From Pseudomonadota bacterium (GTDB lineage Bacteria > Pseudomonadota > Gammaproteobacteria > Burkholderiales > Burkholderiaceae_C), in assembly GCA_041165385.1 (NCBI GenBank), contig JBEANP010000001.1:1-49559 (forward strand): 49,559 bases of DNA, written 5' to 3'. The position numbers and the translations under genes are program-made. Below, one piece after another: positions 19,179 to 28,721 of this stretch (position 1 is its first letter; each line of letters opens with the position of its first letter). Under the pieces are notes generated by a model. The model was not told the DNA's origin. It worked only from the letters and a program-made list of their open reading frames with translations, and ran no database searches.

Positions 19179-22100
19179 TCATGCTGTCGCCTTACGCCGA
19201 CCACGAGTGGCCGCTACCACCACGGGCTTCCACCCCTTCAAATCATCCAGCGTGAAGCCTTGGGCGCGGGCTTCCTCAGACACGAAGCCCTTGTAATAGT
19301 GGCCCATTCGCTCGCCATAAACCGGGTCAACTTCGTTGTGCCATTGCTCAAGCCACGGAACCAGTTCCAAAAGACCAGCAAGCAAGGGTTGTAGGCGTTC
19401 GGGTGGCCAGCCTTCGCTGTCTTTCATGTCCAGGTAATAACTGGCGATGGCAGTTGCTTGTTGCAGGTGGTCCCAACCAGCCCAGGCGATGACCAGGCTG
19501 CCGTCGGCACCACGTTCGCAACCGGGGTAGCTTATCCAACGCTCCTTCGGGACATCCAGTGCACCACGCAGCCGCCAAAAGGTTGGCTTTAGAAAATCCG
19601 TGCTTTTGAACTTGCTAGGAATTGGAATCTGACCAATGGATTCGCCCTCATCTTCACGCCGTTGCAGATCCCAAACCTCAAACCATTCCTGTCTTTTCCG
19701 AATTCCCGTTTCTGAATAGCGAAGTGAGGACAGAAATGGGGTTGATTCGTCACCGATAAGTTCTTCCAAGAGTTTGATCGTCTCAAAATCTGTACGCCCA
19801 ACGTACATAGCTGCTGCCGCCATGAATACATCATCACTATTGAGATAGTCAGACAAGCGGCTTAAGGATATGAGGGCAGTCGGTTGACCCTGAACAATAG
19901 ACCAACACTTGCATGACTCAATGCGACTAAGCAACCATTGCCGAATCGCCTTTTTTTCCTGCATTTCCCAAGAAGTTACTTCCCAGCGCCTTTTGCAGTT
20001 TGGTGCTTCTAGCAACCCAATTAGTGGGTCGGACTCTAATACCTTTATTCTCTCCTCAACCAACGCTTTGTACTCAGATGGCCAGTGGCTTGGCAGTTCT
20101 GTGATTGGTGGTATTTCGAGCCATTCAAACCATTTTGTCTCGAGTTCTCCATTTGCAATTCTCCGCGCCATGGATACTTCAAATGCACGCTCTCCTAGGT
20201 GGATATCTGGGGGAGGCAGATGCGCGGACTTGAGCGATACCAATCCAAAAGAATCGTAACTGTGCCAATCGAGCTCTTCCTGCAGCGCAATCATTTTTCT
20301 TAGTGTGGAGTCGTAGCGGCTTCGAGCTATGTCAAACGAACTCCTACTGAACGATTGCGCATCACAGTCATCTTTAGACGCAAGTGTTGCAGGGTTGGCT
20401 GAATCCAATTGAATCCCCAGAGCGTGAATTCCACGACCGAATTCAACTGGCGGATTGTTAAAAATCGGGAAATCGATCAATGCAGCTGATGAAATCTCAT
20501 AAAAATCATGCCATTTCTCATCCTTGCTGCTGCCTCCCCCTGGCCCACCTTTGTTATGACAAACCTGTTGCAGCCAAAAACATGCTAACGAAGAGTTCAG
20601 CATTCCGAGCAAACCCAAATACTCATCATCACTGGCTGATTGTTTCAACATCACGATAGGGGCGTGAGCATTGAAAATCCGTCCATTTGAAACAAAGGAA
20701 AAGTGATTGTGTGTGGCAACGTTACTGAAAGAAATTGCCCGTGGAGAGTTAAATCGCTTTTGAAACAGCATGGAGTACTCAAACCAAGGTAATCCCCTTT
20801 CAACTTGGCTTTTTCCAAACGCAACGCGTCTTTGGAGTTGAGCTCGATATGGCCACAAAACCTTTTGAATTTGATCACTCTTTTCTAGGCTCGATCCATC
20901 ATCCTTGTATGGCCAAATTGCACTGAATTGCGCGCCGACCATCCAGTCACGAACATCTTCACCGGCAATGTAAGGACGCGAATTTGACTTTGGCAATCCC
21001 ATTCGACAGATGGTGGGTTCATCCAATACAAAAACTTCATCAAACCTTGTAAGTGCAACTGCACCCATTTTTGGTTCTAAATCTCTTAGCTTCTTAACTG
21101 TGTGATTGTTTAATTTTTTGAGGAGTTCGATGGATGAGCTTCCACCAAATGACCAGGGATGAATGCCTAGTGTCTTCCTTTCGATATCTTCGATGCTTAC
21201 AAACTCATTGCTCTGACCCGGCAAGTCGATCCATTTCAGAATTGATTGCCAGACCAGACCAAGAGCAGGATCTGGCGGTGTAAAAGGCTCACCTTTTAAA
21301 CCCATGACGGCTCGAATTGTCAGCGCAACGGGGTTTCTGTTTCTGCCGAAAAGTATGACCGTAGGTGTCCCATGACCAGGTATGTGTGCACCTGCAGTGT
21401 CAACAATATTCGTCAAATCAAGTCTTGGCAAAAAGTCCTGTATCAGCTTTGAACCGAACTCTCTCTTCATAAACGAATTGGCAGTTATAAGACCTACAAA
21501 GCCAGCACTTTTGGATGTGCTTGCCGTCTGTGCTAAGTCAAAAAAGCGTTCGGTAAACGGCACTCCCAAAGAATATTGGCGATGGCAGCAAGAATATCGA
21601 CTTCGATACGCCGCACTTCTGACTGGATCTTTCACGACTATGTAAGGCGGATTTCCGACAACAGCGTGGTATTGGCTGCTCAAAATGCGCTGAACCTCTG
21701 CGAGGTCTTCACTTGCGTATGCATGCTCCAAGCCTGTTCCACTAAAGTGATCAGCCTCTTGGAACATATCTTCACTTGCAGTAAGTCCAAATCTCTTTCC
21801 ATGCAGCAAACTGTCACCAATGGCCACATGTATTTTGAAATCCGGTGCCTCTCTCAGTCGATGTACATCGCTGGCCTGCAATGCCGCCACCAGCAATCGA
21901 AAACGGGAGATGGCCACCGCAAACGGATTCAAGTCCACGCCCGACACAGCATCCAGCGCCTTTTGCGCCACGTCGCGCCGGTTGCGGTTGGGCTCTGCGC
22001 GCGACCATTCATCAACCATTCTGTAAAAACCACCGAGCAAAAAGTGACCTGAACCGCAGGTGGGGTCAATCATTTTCACCACCTGGTAGCCAAATTCGCG

Positions 22101-22769
22101 AATGGCAGGGGTCAGCGTGCGGTCCAGAATGAATTCTTCAACGAACTCGGGCGTTTGCAGCAGGGCATAGCGCTTGCGGGTAGCCTCAGACAGGTCTTGG
22201 TACAGGTCGCCCAAGAAGCGGGTGTTCCAGGTGGCATCGGTAAAGTCATGCAGCAGCGCGCCCGTGTTGGGGTCTTGCTGTTGCCAAAACTGGCGCAAGC
22301 CCATGGCCGCATCGCCACTGATGCCAAGCCTGAAAACGGGGTTGTGTGCCTGGTCGAAAAAAGTGTGAAGGCCGGGCAAAGTGCCAGCTTCGGTAAAGCA
22401 GGCCAGCAGGTATTCGCGGTCGCTCTCCAGTGGGTGCTCCCGAAAATACGCCTCGTGCCGGTCTTTGGCCAATAGCAGGCGACCACTGTCGGGGGTGCCG
22501 CCAATCCACGGGCGGTCAACCAAGCTGTTGTCTTCGATAAAGCGCAAGAAAACGCAGCTCAAAAGCCAATGAACTCCGGCCTGGGTGATGACCTGGTCAC
22601 TCCAGCTCTCCAAGGTTTCGGCGGTGCGGTTGGCATCGCGTGCGGCTTGCCATTCATTGCTCAGGCTGGCTTTGAGGTCTGGCAGTGTGCTGATGCGCGC
22701 GCGCAGGTCGTCTTCAAGCCCGATGAGGCGGCGCTTAAGGTCGGCCAGGAGCTGGGGGGCGTTAATCAT
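19179..22769 (-). CDS. pglX: BREX-2 adenine DNA methyltransferase PglX
   Basis: TRFLGDLYQDLS, LLQTPEFV, motif I DPTCGSGHFL, motif IV VVGNPPY, and C-terminal FWRLRGALDVPKERWISYP. Confidence 0.95.
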   Translation of the reverse strand: MINAPQLLADLKRRLIGLEDDLRARISTLPDLKASLSNEWQAARDANRTAETLESWSDQVITQAGVHWLLSCVFLRFIEDNSLVDRPWIGGTPDSGRLLLAKDRHEAYFREHPLESDREYLLACFTEAGTLPGLHTFFDQAHNPVFRLGISGDAAMGLRQFWQQQDPNTGALLHDFTDATWNTRFLGDLYQDLSEATRKRYALLQTPEFVEEFILDRTLTPAIREFGYQVVKMIDPTCGSGHFLLGGFYRMVDEWSRAEPNRNRRDVAQKALDAVSGVDLNPFAVAISRFRLLVAALQASDVHRLREAPDFKIHVAIGDSLLHGKRFGLTASEDMFQEADHFSGTGLEHAYASEDLAEVQRILSSQYHAVVGNPPYIVVKDPVRSAAYRSRYSCCHRQYSLGVPFTERFFDLAQTASTSKSAGFVGLITANSFMKREFGSKLIQDFLPRLDLTNIVDTAGAHIPGHGTPTVILFGRNRNPVALTIRAVMGLKGEPFTPPDPALGLVWQSILKWIDLPGQSNEFVSIEDIERKTLGIHPWSFGGSSSIELLKKLNNHTVKKLRDLEPKMGAVALTRFDEVFVLDEPTICRMGLPKSNSRPYIAGEDVRDWMVGAQFSAIWPYKDDGSSLEKSDQIQKVLWPYRAQLQRRVAFGKSQVERGLPWFEYSMLFQKRFNSPRAISFSNVATHNHFSFVSNGRIFNAHAPIVMLKQSASDDEYLGLLGMLNSSLACFWLQQVCHNKGGPGGGSSKDEKWHDFYEISSAALIDFPIFNNPPVEFGRGIHALGIQLDSANPATLASKDDCDAQSFSRSSFDIARSRYDSTLRKMIALQEELDWHSYDSFGLVSLKSAHLPPPDIHLGERAFEVSMARRIANGELETKWFEWLEIPPITELPSHWPSEYKALVEERIKVLESDPLIGLLEAPNCKRRWEVTSWEMQEKKAIRQWLLSRIESCKCWSIVQGQPTALISLSRLSDYLNSDDVFMAAAAMYVGRTDFETIKLLEELIGDESTPFLSSLRYSETGIRKRQEWFEVWDLQRREDEGESIGQIPIPSKFKSTDFLKPTFWRLRGALDVPKERWISYPGCERGADGSLVIAWAGWDHLQQATAIASYYLDMKDSEGWPPERLQPLLAGLLELVPWLEQWHNEVDPVYGERMGHYYKGFVSEEARAQGFTLDDLKGWKPVVVAATRGRRKATA

Positions 22770-22800
22770 TGTGTTTTGTTCCCTGAGATATCTTCAGATG

Positions 22801-22860
22801 TTGCTATTAGTTTGATAGCTGCTTGCGCAATTTCTACGAGGGCTACAGGCCAATTTCATA
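22801..22860. repeat. Comamonadaceae-type short intergenic repeat (REP/MITE-like)
   Basis: TGCTATtagtttgATAGCTGCTTGCGC...GGGCTAcAGGCCAATTT resembles a dispersed repeat I recall from Comamonadaceae genomes; contains a GCTAT/ATAGC inverted repeat; single copy in this window. Confidence 0.5.
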
Positions 22861-22866
22861 TAAAAA

Positions 22867-25800
22867 TTAGGCTGCGACACGGGCGCGGTGCTTGTTTTCG
22901 ACCCAGGCTTGCGGCAGGCCAAAGGCTTGGCTGCTGTTGACCAAGGGCACGCTGACGCCATCAATCAATGGCAAGCCTTGGTGATGCGATGGCAGCAGCA
23001 TCCACAAACTGGGTGTGTGCCCAAGCCGGCCAGCACTGGCTTCCATCTCAGTCACCAGTGGCATAAGGTTGTAGCGTGCCAATAGGCCTACGTTGGTTAC
23101 CAGCAGTGGCGCTGGGCTGTTCAATAAAGTTGGCTTTAGCGTGGCAAGGGTGCGTTGCACCAGGCGCTGCAGGTTGGCCCAATCTCTGCTGCCAGGCTCG
23201 GCTGCATCGGCGCGCAACACCATGGTCCAGTCAACCCTGGCGCTGGTGGCCTCAGTTTTAAGTGCTCTGAGTAGCAGGGTGTCGAAGCTGATTCTTTGCA
23301 GGGCTGGGGTGGTGCTGGAGCCAGGCCCAAAGCGTTGCATTAACTCGGCTTCGGCATGGCGGGTTTGGCGGGGCTCTATGGTTAAGACCAAAAGGCCGCC
23401 AGATTTCAATGACCGTTGCAACCGTTCTTCAGCGGCACTCGCTTCCGCCAGCAGTGCAGCAGCATCCCCTTCGGTGGCATTGGGCCGTGAGCCATTTGCC
23501 GATGTGCCTAAAAAGGTGGATTGGCGAGAAAACAGGGTTGTGGTGCCAGCAGTGGGGTGGTTGCCCAATGAGTCGCACAGGTATGCGCCAGTGCCTTCGT
23601 TGGCGGTGGGGCTCCATTTAAGGGGTGCGTTGACTTCTTCGAGCAACCTGTCCAGTTCTGGTCGGCTGGGTAGCGGTGTGGCTTCAGGGTAGCGGCCACG
23701 AACGCGGTCTTGCAGCTCACGTATGCGCAACGTGGGCGCACCCACAAGGGCCCCCAATGATTGACGCAATGCCTGCAAGGCTGGCATGCCACGGCCATAG
23801 ATTTCTTGCCGACTTGAAAGTGCTGCTTTGCGCGATGCAGATGTAGCCAAGCGAAGCAACCGTGTGCTTGCCATCAGGGGTGCGTTGGCATCATTGCCCT
23901 GACCAGCAGCATTGACCACGCTGTCAGCAGGTTTGACGGCTTCAAGCGCTTCCAGCACGCGCGATGGCGGCATTAAGGGTTCGACCAGCGCACAGGTATC
24001 GGCCACGTTGCCCAATTGGCGTGCGTATTCAGCCCATGCAGGGCTGGTGGCAATAAGGGGTGAAGGGCCGTGGTCAAAACATTCAAAACGTGGTTGGTCG
24101 AGGTGGGATTCGGCCTCAAGCGCAGCGCGCAAGACGGCAGCAGCAAGTTGGAGTCGTTCAACATCGTCTTGCACCGCACAACCACGCAGAGCCAACAGTG
24201 CCAAGGCGGCCTCATTGGCCGTCATGACTTGCCCTTGGCTATGAACGAGCTTTTCAAGCTGCAGGCGCACTTCCGTAAAAGCCGGATTTTTTAACCAGCG
24301 TTCGCGGGCTTTTATTAATGTGGCCGTGAGGACGCTGCGGTCTACGTTGGTGGCCAAGGCCGAATCACCCAATGTGGGCCAGAGCGAAGTTGGCTTTTGA
24401 GCGTCTTCCGGTTTGGCGGCATCGTCCAACCCCAGGTCGAGGCCAAGGTAGTGGGTCAATGCGGCTTCTTCGGGGCGGTCATCACCAGCGGGGCGGCGCG
24501 GCAAGAGCTGGGCTGCCAGTTCGTTGACGCTGACAGCCCCGTCTGATGACGTGTCGTCGTCAAACTCGTGCAGGGTTGACCTGCCTTGTGTCAGGTCAGG
24601 GCGTAGGCGGGCAAGTTCTTTGGCTGCAAGCCGGATTTCTTTACGAATTTTGTCGCCAACACCGCGCAGGTAACGAAACCGAATGCGATCAACGGCCAAA
24701 AGTTCACGTGCGTTGTGCACGCCCATGCGCTCCAGAACGTCTTGCGCCTCCAGGCTGTAACCCAGCTCTGCCATGGTGGTAGTGGGTGTGGCGGTGAGCG
24801 CAGTTGCCTGAAAGCCCTGCGCTTGAGGGGGATGAACCGTTTGGCGCGTGGCAAATATGGCACGCCAAGCGCGCAGCATGTCCTCAGCGTTGTCGAAGCG
24901 CTCTTTGTAGTCGCGACGCAGTGCTTTCGAGAAGAATGCGGTGAAGCCTTCGCGGGTGACCGGGTCAAACACATCACTTGCAATGGTGGCTTCTACGTCC
25001 AGCATGGCGGGCGAGGTGTGGCCATCTCCCCATTCAGGAACCTTGCCAACGGCCATTTCGTACAAGGTGACGGCTAGGGCAAAGCGTTCGGCGTACAAAT
25101 CCCAGCGTGGCGTTTTACGCAGGCTTAGGAATGGGTCCAGGTAAGGGTGGGTACCTGCCGTGATGTTGTCGGCCGATGTGCGGCACAAGGAGAAATCAAA
25201 TAGAACCAGTTGCAGTTTGCGTGAGCTGGACTCTGCGATGCCGATGTTTTCGGGCTTGAGGTCGCGGTGGGCAACGCCATGGTCTTCCAGAAAGTTGACG
25301 ACTTCGATCAGCTCCTCACCAAAGCGCTGCAGCAAGTCGAGCGACAAACGACCATCTTCTGAGATCTTTTTGGCAAGCGTCTTTGGCCCTGCACTTCGCA
25401 TGAGCAGCGCAGTGCGGCCTGCAACTTCCACGGTGCGCCGGTATTCGACGATGTTTTGGTGGCGCATGCTGGCAAGCACTTCGCCTTCGGCAACCAAGCG
25501 TTCGTTATGCGCTACATCGCAGGCAACTTTCAAAATAAGGTCTTCTTGCGAGCCATCTTCTCGGACTAATAAAACGACGCTGGAGGAGCCGCGGCCTTTG
25601 CGCTCGACAACGGTAAAACCACCATCAAGGCGGTCGTTGTGGTTGGCAAAACTGGGGTCTACGGTGACTTCGGGGTCAGGCGCAGTGAGTTCATCTTCAA
25701 CCTTGACCAGGTCATCCAGAAAGCCTTGCACCATGTCGTAGCGGGCCATGACATCAGGACTGGTCGCGAACTGAATCAATTCCTGCAAGCGCATGCCACA

Positions 25801-27165
25801 GCCGTCCATGACATCGGACAGGCGCAAACCTTGGCCTTGGCGAAGCTTTACGGTGAGGTCAAGCACAGAGCCGGCCGGTGCTTGACCTGAAAAGATGTGA
25901 TGCGCAATGGCTCCCAGCGAAAACACATCCAAACTGGGGCCGTGGGTGGCATCTGCGCGTGTGGTTTCGGGTGCCAAATAGACCAAACCAGGGTCTTCAA
26001 CATAATCTTCTACATGGCGCGTGCCGGTGGTGCGATGAACCGTATCGGGGTTATCGGCTTCGCGGGCAGCGGTTTGCCAGTTCATGAGCCGGGGTGTCAA
26101 TGCGCCGCTTTCGGTGCCGTAGATCATGATGCTCTGTGGGCCTAAAGCGCGGTGGTACAGGCGCTTGGAATGCGCGTATTTAAGTGTTTCAGCAATGTCG
26201 CGCACCAACTGCAAGCGCTGGTCAACAGTGAGCAGGACACCACGGTCACGAAGTAAATGATCGAGCCGCTGGGCTTTGGGGTCGTGGTCAAACACCAGCG
26301 CCGGACCCATTTCAGTCTCTTTGTAATCGTTGACCTTGAGGATGCCGGGATGGCTGATGCCTTCAAGCACCTCAAACTCGCGCCTAGCCTGGCGAACCCG
26401 AGATCCACGCGCTTCAGGGCTGGATGCATTGGCAACGGTGTAAATACGAACGCGACGCTGGACGCTTTCGATGCTGACGTGCTGGCTTTGCCAGTCTTGG
26501 AAGCCTTCGCCCTCGGCAATCAGCTTGATTAACTTGTAGTCGCCCACCTGGCGGTGTTTATTGGAGGGCCGAATACCGGCTTCATGTAAGCCACGGGCAA
26601 TAGCGCGGGCTTGCTGGCTATCAATGTTGTGCTGTGGGTTGGCATTGATGCCATTGGTAAGCGCGGCAATGATGCCGTCATCACCCTGTGCACCTGGGCG
26701 ACCACGCAGAAAAGTGCCTGTTTTGGCTGTGCCTTGCAGCTTGCTTTTGAGCGTGGTGGACGACAGAAAAATGGCCGGTTCAACAAAGGGCAATCGGATT
26801 TTTGCCTTGGTAATGGCGGACTGGCGACGCAGCAGGCTGGCCAGGCGCTTTGATTTGCGGTTGGCCAGAATGAGTGGGTTGTCATATGTGTACTCGCGGC
26901 CATCGGTGGTCCAGGTGAACGTATGCGTGTCGCCATCAACTGTGCCTGGCCGGCTTTTGATCTCCACCAGGAACAGCCCCATGGGTGACAAAACGAGCGC
27001 ATCTACTTCACTGATCTTGCCTTCGTCATCAATGAATTCAAAATTGGTCCAGACATTCCAAGGGTCACGGTCGGGCAACTGGGCACGTAGCCATTCAAGG
27101 GCCTCGCGCTCCCACGGAAAGTTGGATTCCGCAATGACGTGCCAGCGGTTGTCGGACATGCTCAT
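22867..27165 (-). CDS. pglW: BREX-2 serine/threonine kinase PglW
   Basis: N-terminal NERD (EVDALV...LVEIKS), degenerate kinase (HRALGPQSI), intact kinase (HRDLKPENI, DFS), and RGVGDKIRKEI helical motif. Confidence 0.95.
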   Translation of the reverse strand: MSMSDNRWHVIAESNFPWEREALEWLRAQLPDRDPWNVWTNFEFIDDEGKISEVDALVLSPMGLFLVEIKSRPGTVDGDTHTFTWTTDGREYTYDNPLILANRKSKRLASLLRRQSAITKAKIRLPFVEPAIFLSSTTLKSKLQGTAKTGTFLRGRPGAQGDDGIIAALTNGINANPQHNIDSQQARAIARGLHEAGIRPSNKHRQVGDYKLIKLIAEGEGFQDWQSQHVSIESVQRRVRIYTVANASSPEARGSRVRQARREFEVLEGISHPGILKVNDYKETEMGPALVFDHDPKAQRLDHLLRDRGVLLTVDQRLQLVRDIAETLKYAHSKRLYHRALGPQSIMIYGTESGALTPRLMNWQTAAREADNPDTVHRTTGTRHVEDYVEDPGLVYLAPETTRADATHGPSLDVFSLGAIAHHIFSGQAPAGSVLDLTVKLRQGQGLRLSDVMDGCGMRLQELIQFATSPDVMARYDMVQGFLDDLVKVEDELTAPDPEVTVDPSFANHNDRLDGGFTVVERKGRGSSSVVLLVREDGSQEDLILKVACDVAHNERLVAEGEVLASMRHQNIVEYRRTVEVAGRTALLMRSAGPKTLAKKISEDGRLSLDLLQRFGEELIEVVNFLEDHGVAHRDLKPENIGIAESSSRKLQLVLFDFSLCRTSADNITAGTHPYLDPFLSLRKTPRWDLYAERFALAVTLYEMAVGKVPEWGDGHTSPAMLDVEATIASDVFDPVTREGFTAFFSKALRRDYKERFDNAEDMLRAWRAIFATRQTVHPPQAQGFQATALTATPTTTMAELGYSLEAQDVLERMGVHNARELLAVDRIRFRYLRGVGDKIRKEIRLAAKELARLRPDLTQGRSTLHEFDDDTSSDGAVSVNELAAQLLPRRPAGDDRPEEAALTHYLGLDLGLDDAAKPEDAQKPTSLWPTLGDSALATNVDRSVLTATLIKARERWLKNPAFTEVRLQLEKLVHSQGQVMTANEAALALLALRGCAVQDDVERLQLAAAVLRAALEAESHLDQPRFECFDHGPSPLIATSPAWAEYARQLGNVADTCALVEPLMPPSRVLEALEAVKPADSVVNAAGQGNDANAPLMASTRLLRLATSASRKAALSSRQEIYGRGMPALQALRQSLGALVGAPTLRIRELQDRVRGRYPEATPLPSRPELDRLLEEVNAPLKWSPTANEGTGAYLCDSLGNHPTAGTTTLFSRQSTFLGTSANGSRPNATEGDAAALLAEASAAEERLQRSLKSGGLLVLTIEPRQTRHAEAELMQRFGPGSSTTPALQRISFDTLLLRALKTEATSARVDWTMVLRADAAEPGSRDWANLQRLVQRTLATLKPTLLNSPAPLLVTNVGLLARYNLMPLVTEMEASAGRLGHTPSLWMLLPSHHQGLPLIDGVSVPLVNSSQAFGLPQAWVENKHRARVAA

Positions 27166-27383
27166 GGGTTGACCTCATCCTTTGGAGGAACAATTTCAAA
27201 TAGTTCGCCGACCTGGCACTTGAATAAATTACACAGACTTTCCACCGCCGGAAGGTCAACACGCGTTGCAGTCTCGTTGTAAAGCGCCGTGATGGTGCTG
27301 CGGTTCAGCCCCGTGCTTTTGGCCACATCGGAGATGCGAAGTTTGTCTCGGCCCATAAGGGTGGACAGGTGGCAGCGGATCAT
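27162..27383 (-). CDS. XRE/Cro-C1 family HTH regulator heading the BREX operon (73 aa)
   Basis: MIRCHLSTLMGRDKLRISDVAKSTGLNRSTITALY; ATG at 27383 chosen by alignment to the paralogue at 287-508; ATGA overlap with pglW. Confidence 0.9.
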   Translation of the reverse strand: MIRCHLSTLMGRDKLRISDVAKSTGLNRSTITALYNETATRVDLPAVESLCNLFKCQVGELFEIVPPKDEVNP

Positions 27384-27408
27384 TTTTGGGTAATTTTTCA
27401 GAAAGGGT

Positions 27409-27476
27409 GTTGCGTAGCGTAACAAAAAATGACTCTACGCGCAACTCCGAGCATGATTTGAGAAAAATAGATCATG
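27409..27476 (-). promoter_or_regulatory. Putative BREX operon promoter with overlapping palindromes
   Basis: Minus strand TTGCGC-N17-TACGCT with TGn extension; GTTGCG-tag-CGTAAC (27409-27423) covers the -10; CATGAT-N13-ATCATG (27452-27476) lies upstream. Confidence 0.55.
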
Positions 27477-27928
27477 GCCAGAAAAAGAACCGTGACATGA
27501 ATACGTCGAACTGGAAAACTTAGTAAACCAGGGTGGCGCTGAGAAAACTTTGCGAGTTTTCAGACCGACTGTGTGTTGCCGCACACCGAAAATTGACACT
27601 GTCAAGATTCAATCGATATAAACAGACGCCTTGTTCAAGGCGTTGGGCGTGGAGTGAGTGCGTCAGGCTGGATAGGTAGCGATGTTGATCGATGCTGCGC
27701 AACTTGGTCTGCTCGGGCTTTCCTTCACCGGGAGATGACTTGGAGTTATAGCGTATTGATTTCATCGAACTACTTATCAAGGTTCATCGAGCCATTCACT
27801 GCAGGGCGCGAAAGGCCACTCCATGGTGGCGCTGGGGATCGTTTAATTACGACATTCTGTTTGTGATGAGGGCTTTCCAGCCGCATCACAACCATACCCA
27901 TATCGGGGGCACGAGTGCTATTTAATTG

Positions 27929-28717
27929 CTACCGAATTGATCTGAATTCGAAGTAGGCCGGTGTTCCATCCTTCCACTTGAATGCGGCAATTGCCTCAAT
28001 AGTGACGACCTTTGATTCATCCAGTGCGTGTATCAAGGCCAAATTACATTCTTGATTTTGTACCGCACTCGGTCGAAGAACATCAAGGTAAGACCCAAAA
28101 TCAATAGACGCCACTTCTGGCGGCACGCTGTCAACAAATGTGTAATTTTTGAGTCGAACGAAAGCCCTGGGCAGATCATGTACTTGAGCTTCAATATGCA
28201 CCCGCACACCATGCGGGATTATTTGCTGAGGTTTTTGAAATTCCATTCCCACAAGTTCTGGTTGAATCAATGGGTATAAGTTTGACCGCGACCGCATAGA
28301 CTTTCTGATGACACGAATTTTTGAGCCAGCGTCAGTGCTGTCAAGCAGCTCTGCAAGATTTCTATTGGAAGACATGCTCGTCAAGATATGCAATGGCAAT
28401 TGCAACAAGTCAGCGTCTACTCGTGCAAGATCTGATCGAAATCCCTCTTCCATTTCCAAATTTGATTGTCTGGAAGATGTCTGAAATTGCAGCAATTTTT
28501 GTGCGGATTCCCGCAATGAAAAAACCAGATGCAAGCCATCTTCGGTTGAACGATACCTATGAACCAACGTGGTTGAAGACATATGCTTCAGCGAAGGACA
28601 AATATCTAGGAAGTCAGAGAGAAGGGCAGCTGTCTTCCTTTTAAGTTCAGCAGCTTCAACGGACATATTTACCGGTAGCAAAGGAACTGAGCGCAGGTCG
28701 ATTTCACGAAGATTCAT
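27929..28717 (-). CDS. Hypothetical protein, third gene of the recombinase operon
   Basis: 262 aa; starts 4 nt after the stop of the 890 aa recombinase. Confidence 0.75.
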   Translation of the reverse strand: MNLREIDLRSVPLLPVNMSVEAAELKRKTAALLSDFLDICPSLKHMSSTTLVHRYRSTEDGLHLVFSLRESAQKLLQFQTSSRQSNLEMEEGFRSDLARVDADLLQLPLHILTSMSSNRNLAELLDSTDAGSKIRVIRKSMRSRSNLYPLIQPELVGMEFQKPQQIIPHGVRVHIEAQVHDLPRAFVRLKNYTFVDSVPPEVASIDFGSYLDVLRPSAVQNQECNLALIHALDESKVVTIEAIAAFKWKDGTPAYFEFRSIR

Positions 28718-28721
28718 GGCG

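Noticed and set aside
19179-22769. Phase-variable G-tract in pglX, as in Streptomyces Pgl
   Set aside because: No long G/C run was seen in this pglX and the ORF is intact.
7836-27172. Many plus-strand and alternate-frame ORFs of 60-260 aa over the BREX genes
   Set aside because: Shadow ORFs of long GC-rich coding sequences, with no motifs or RBS support.
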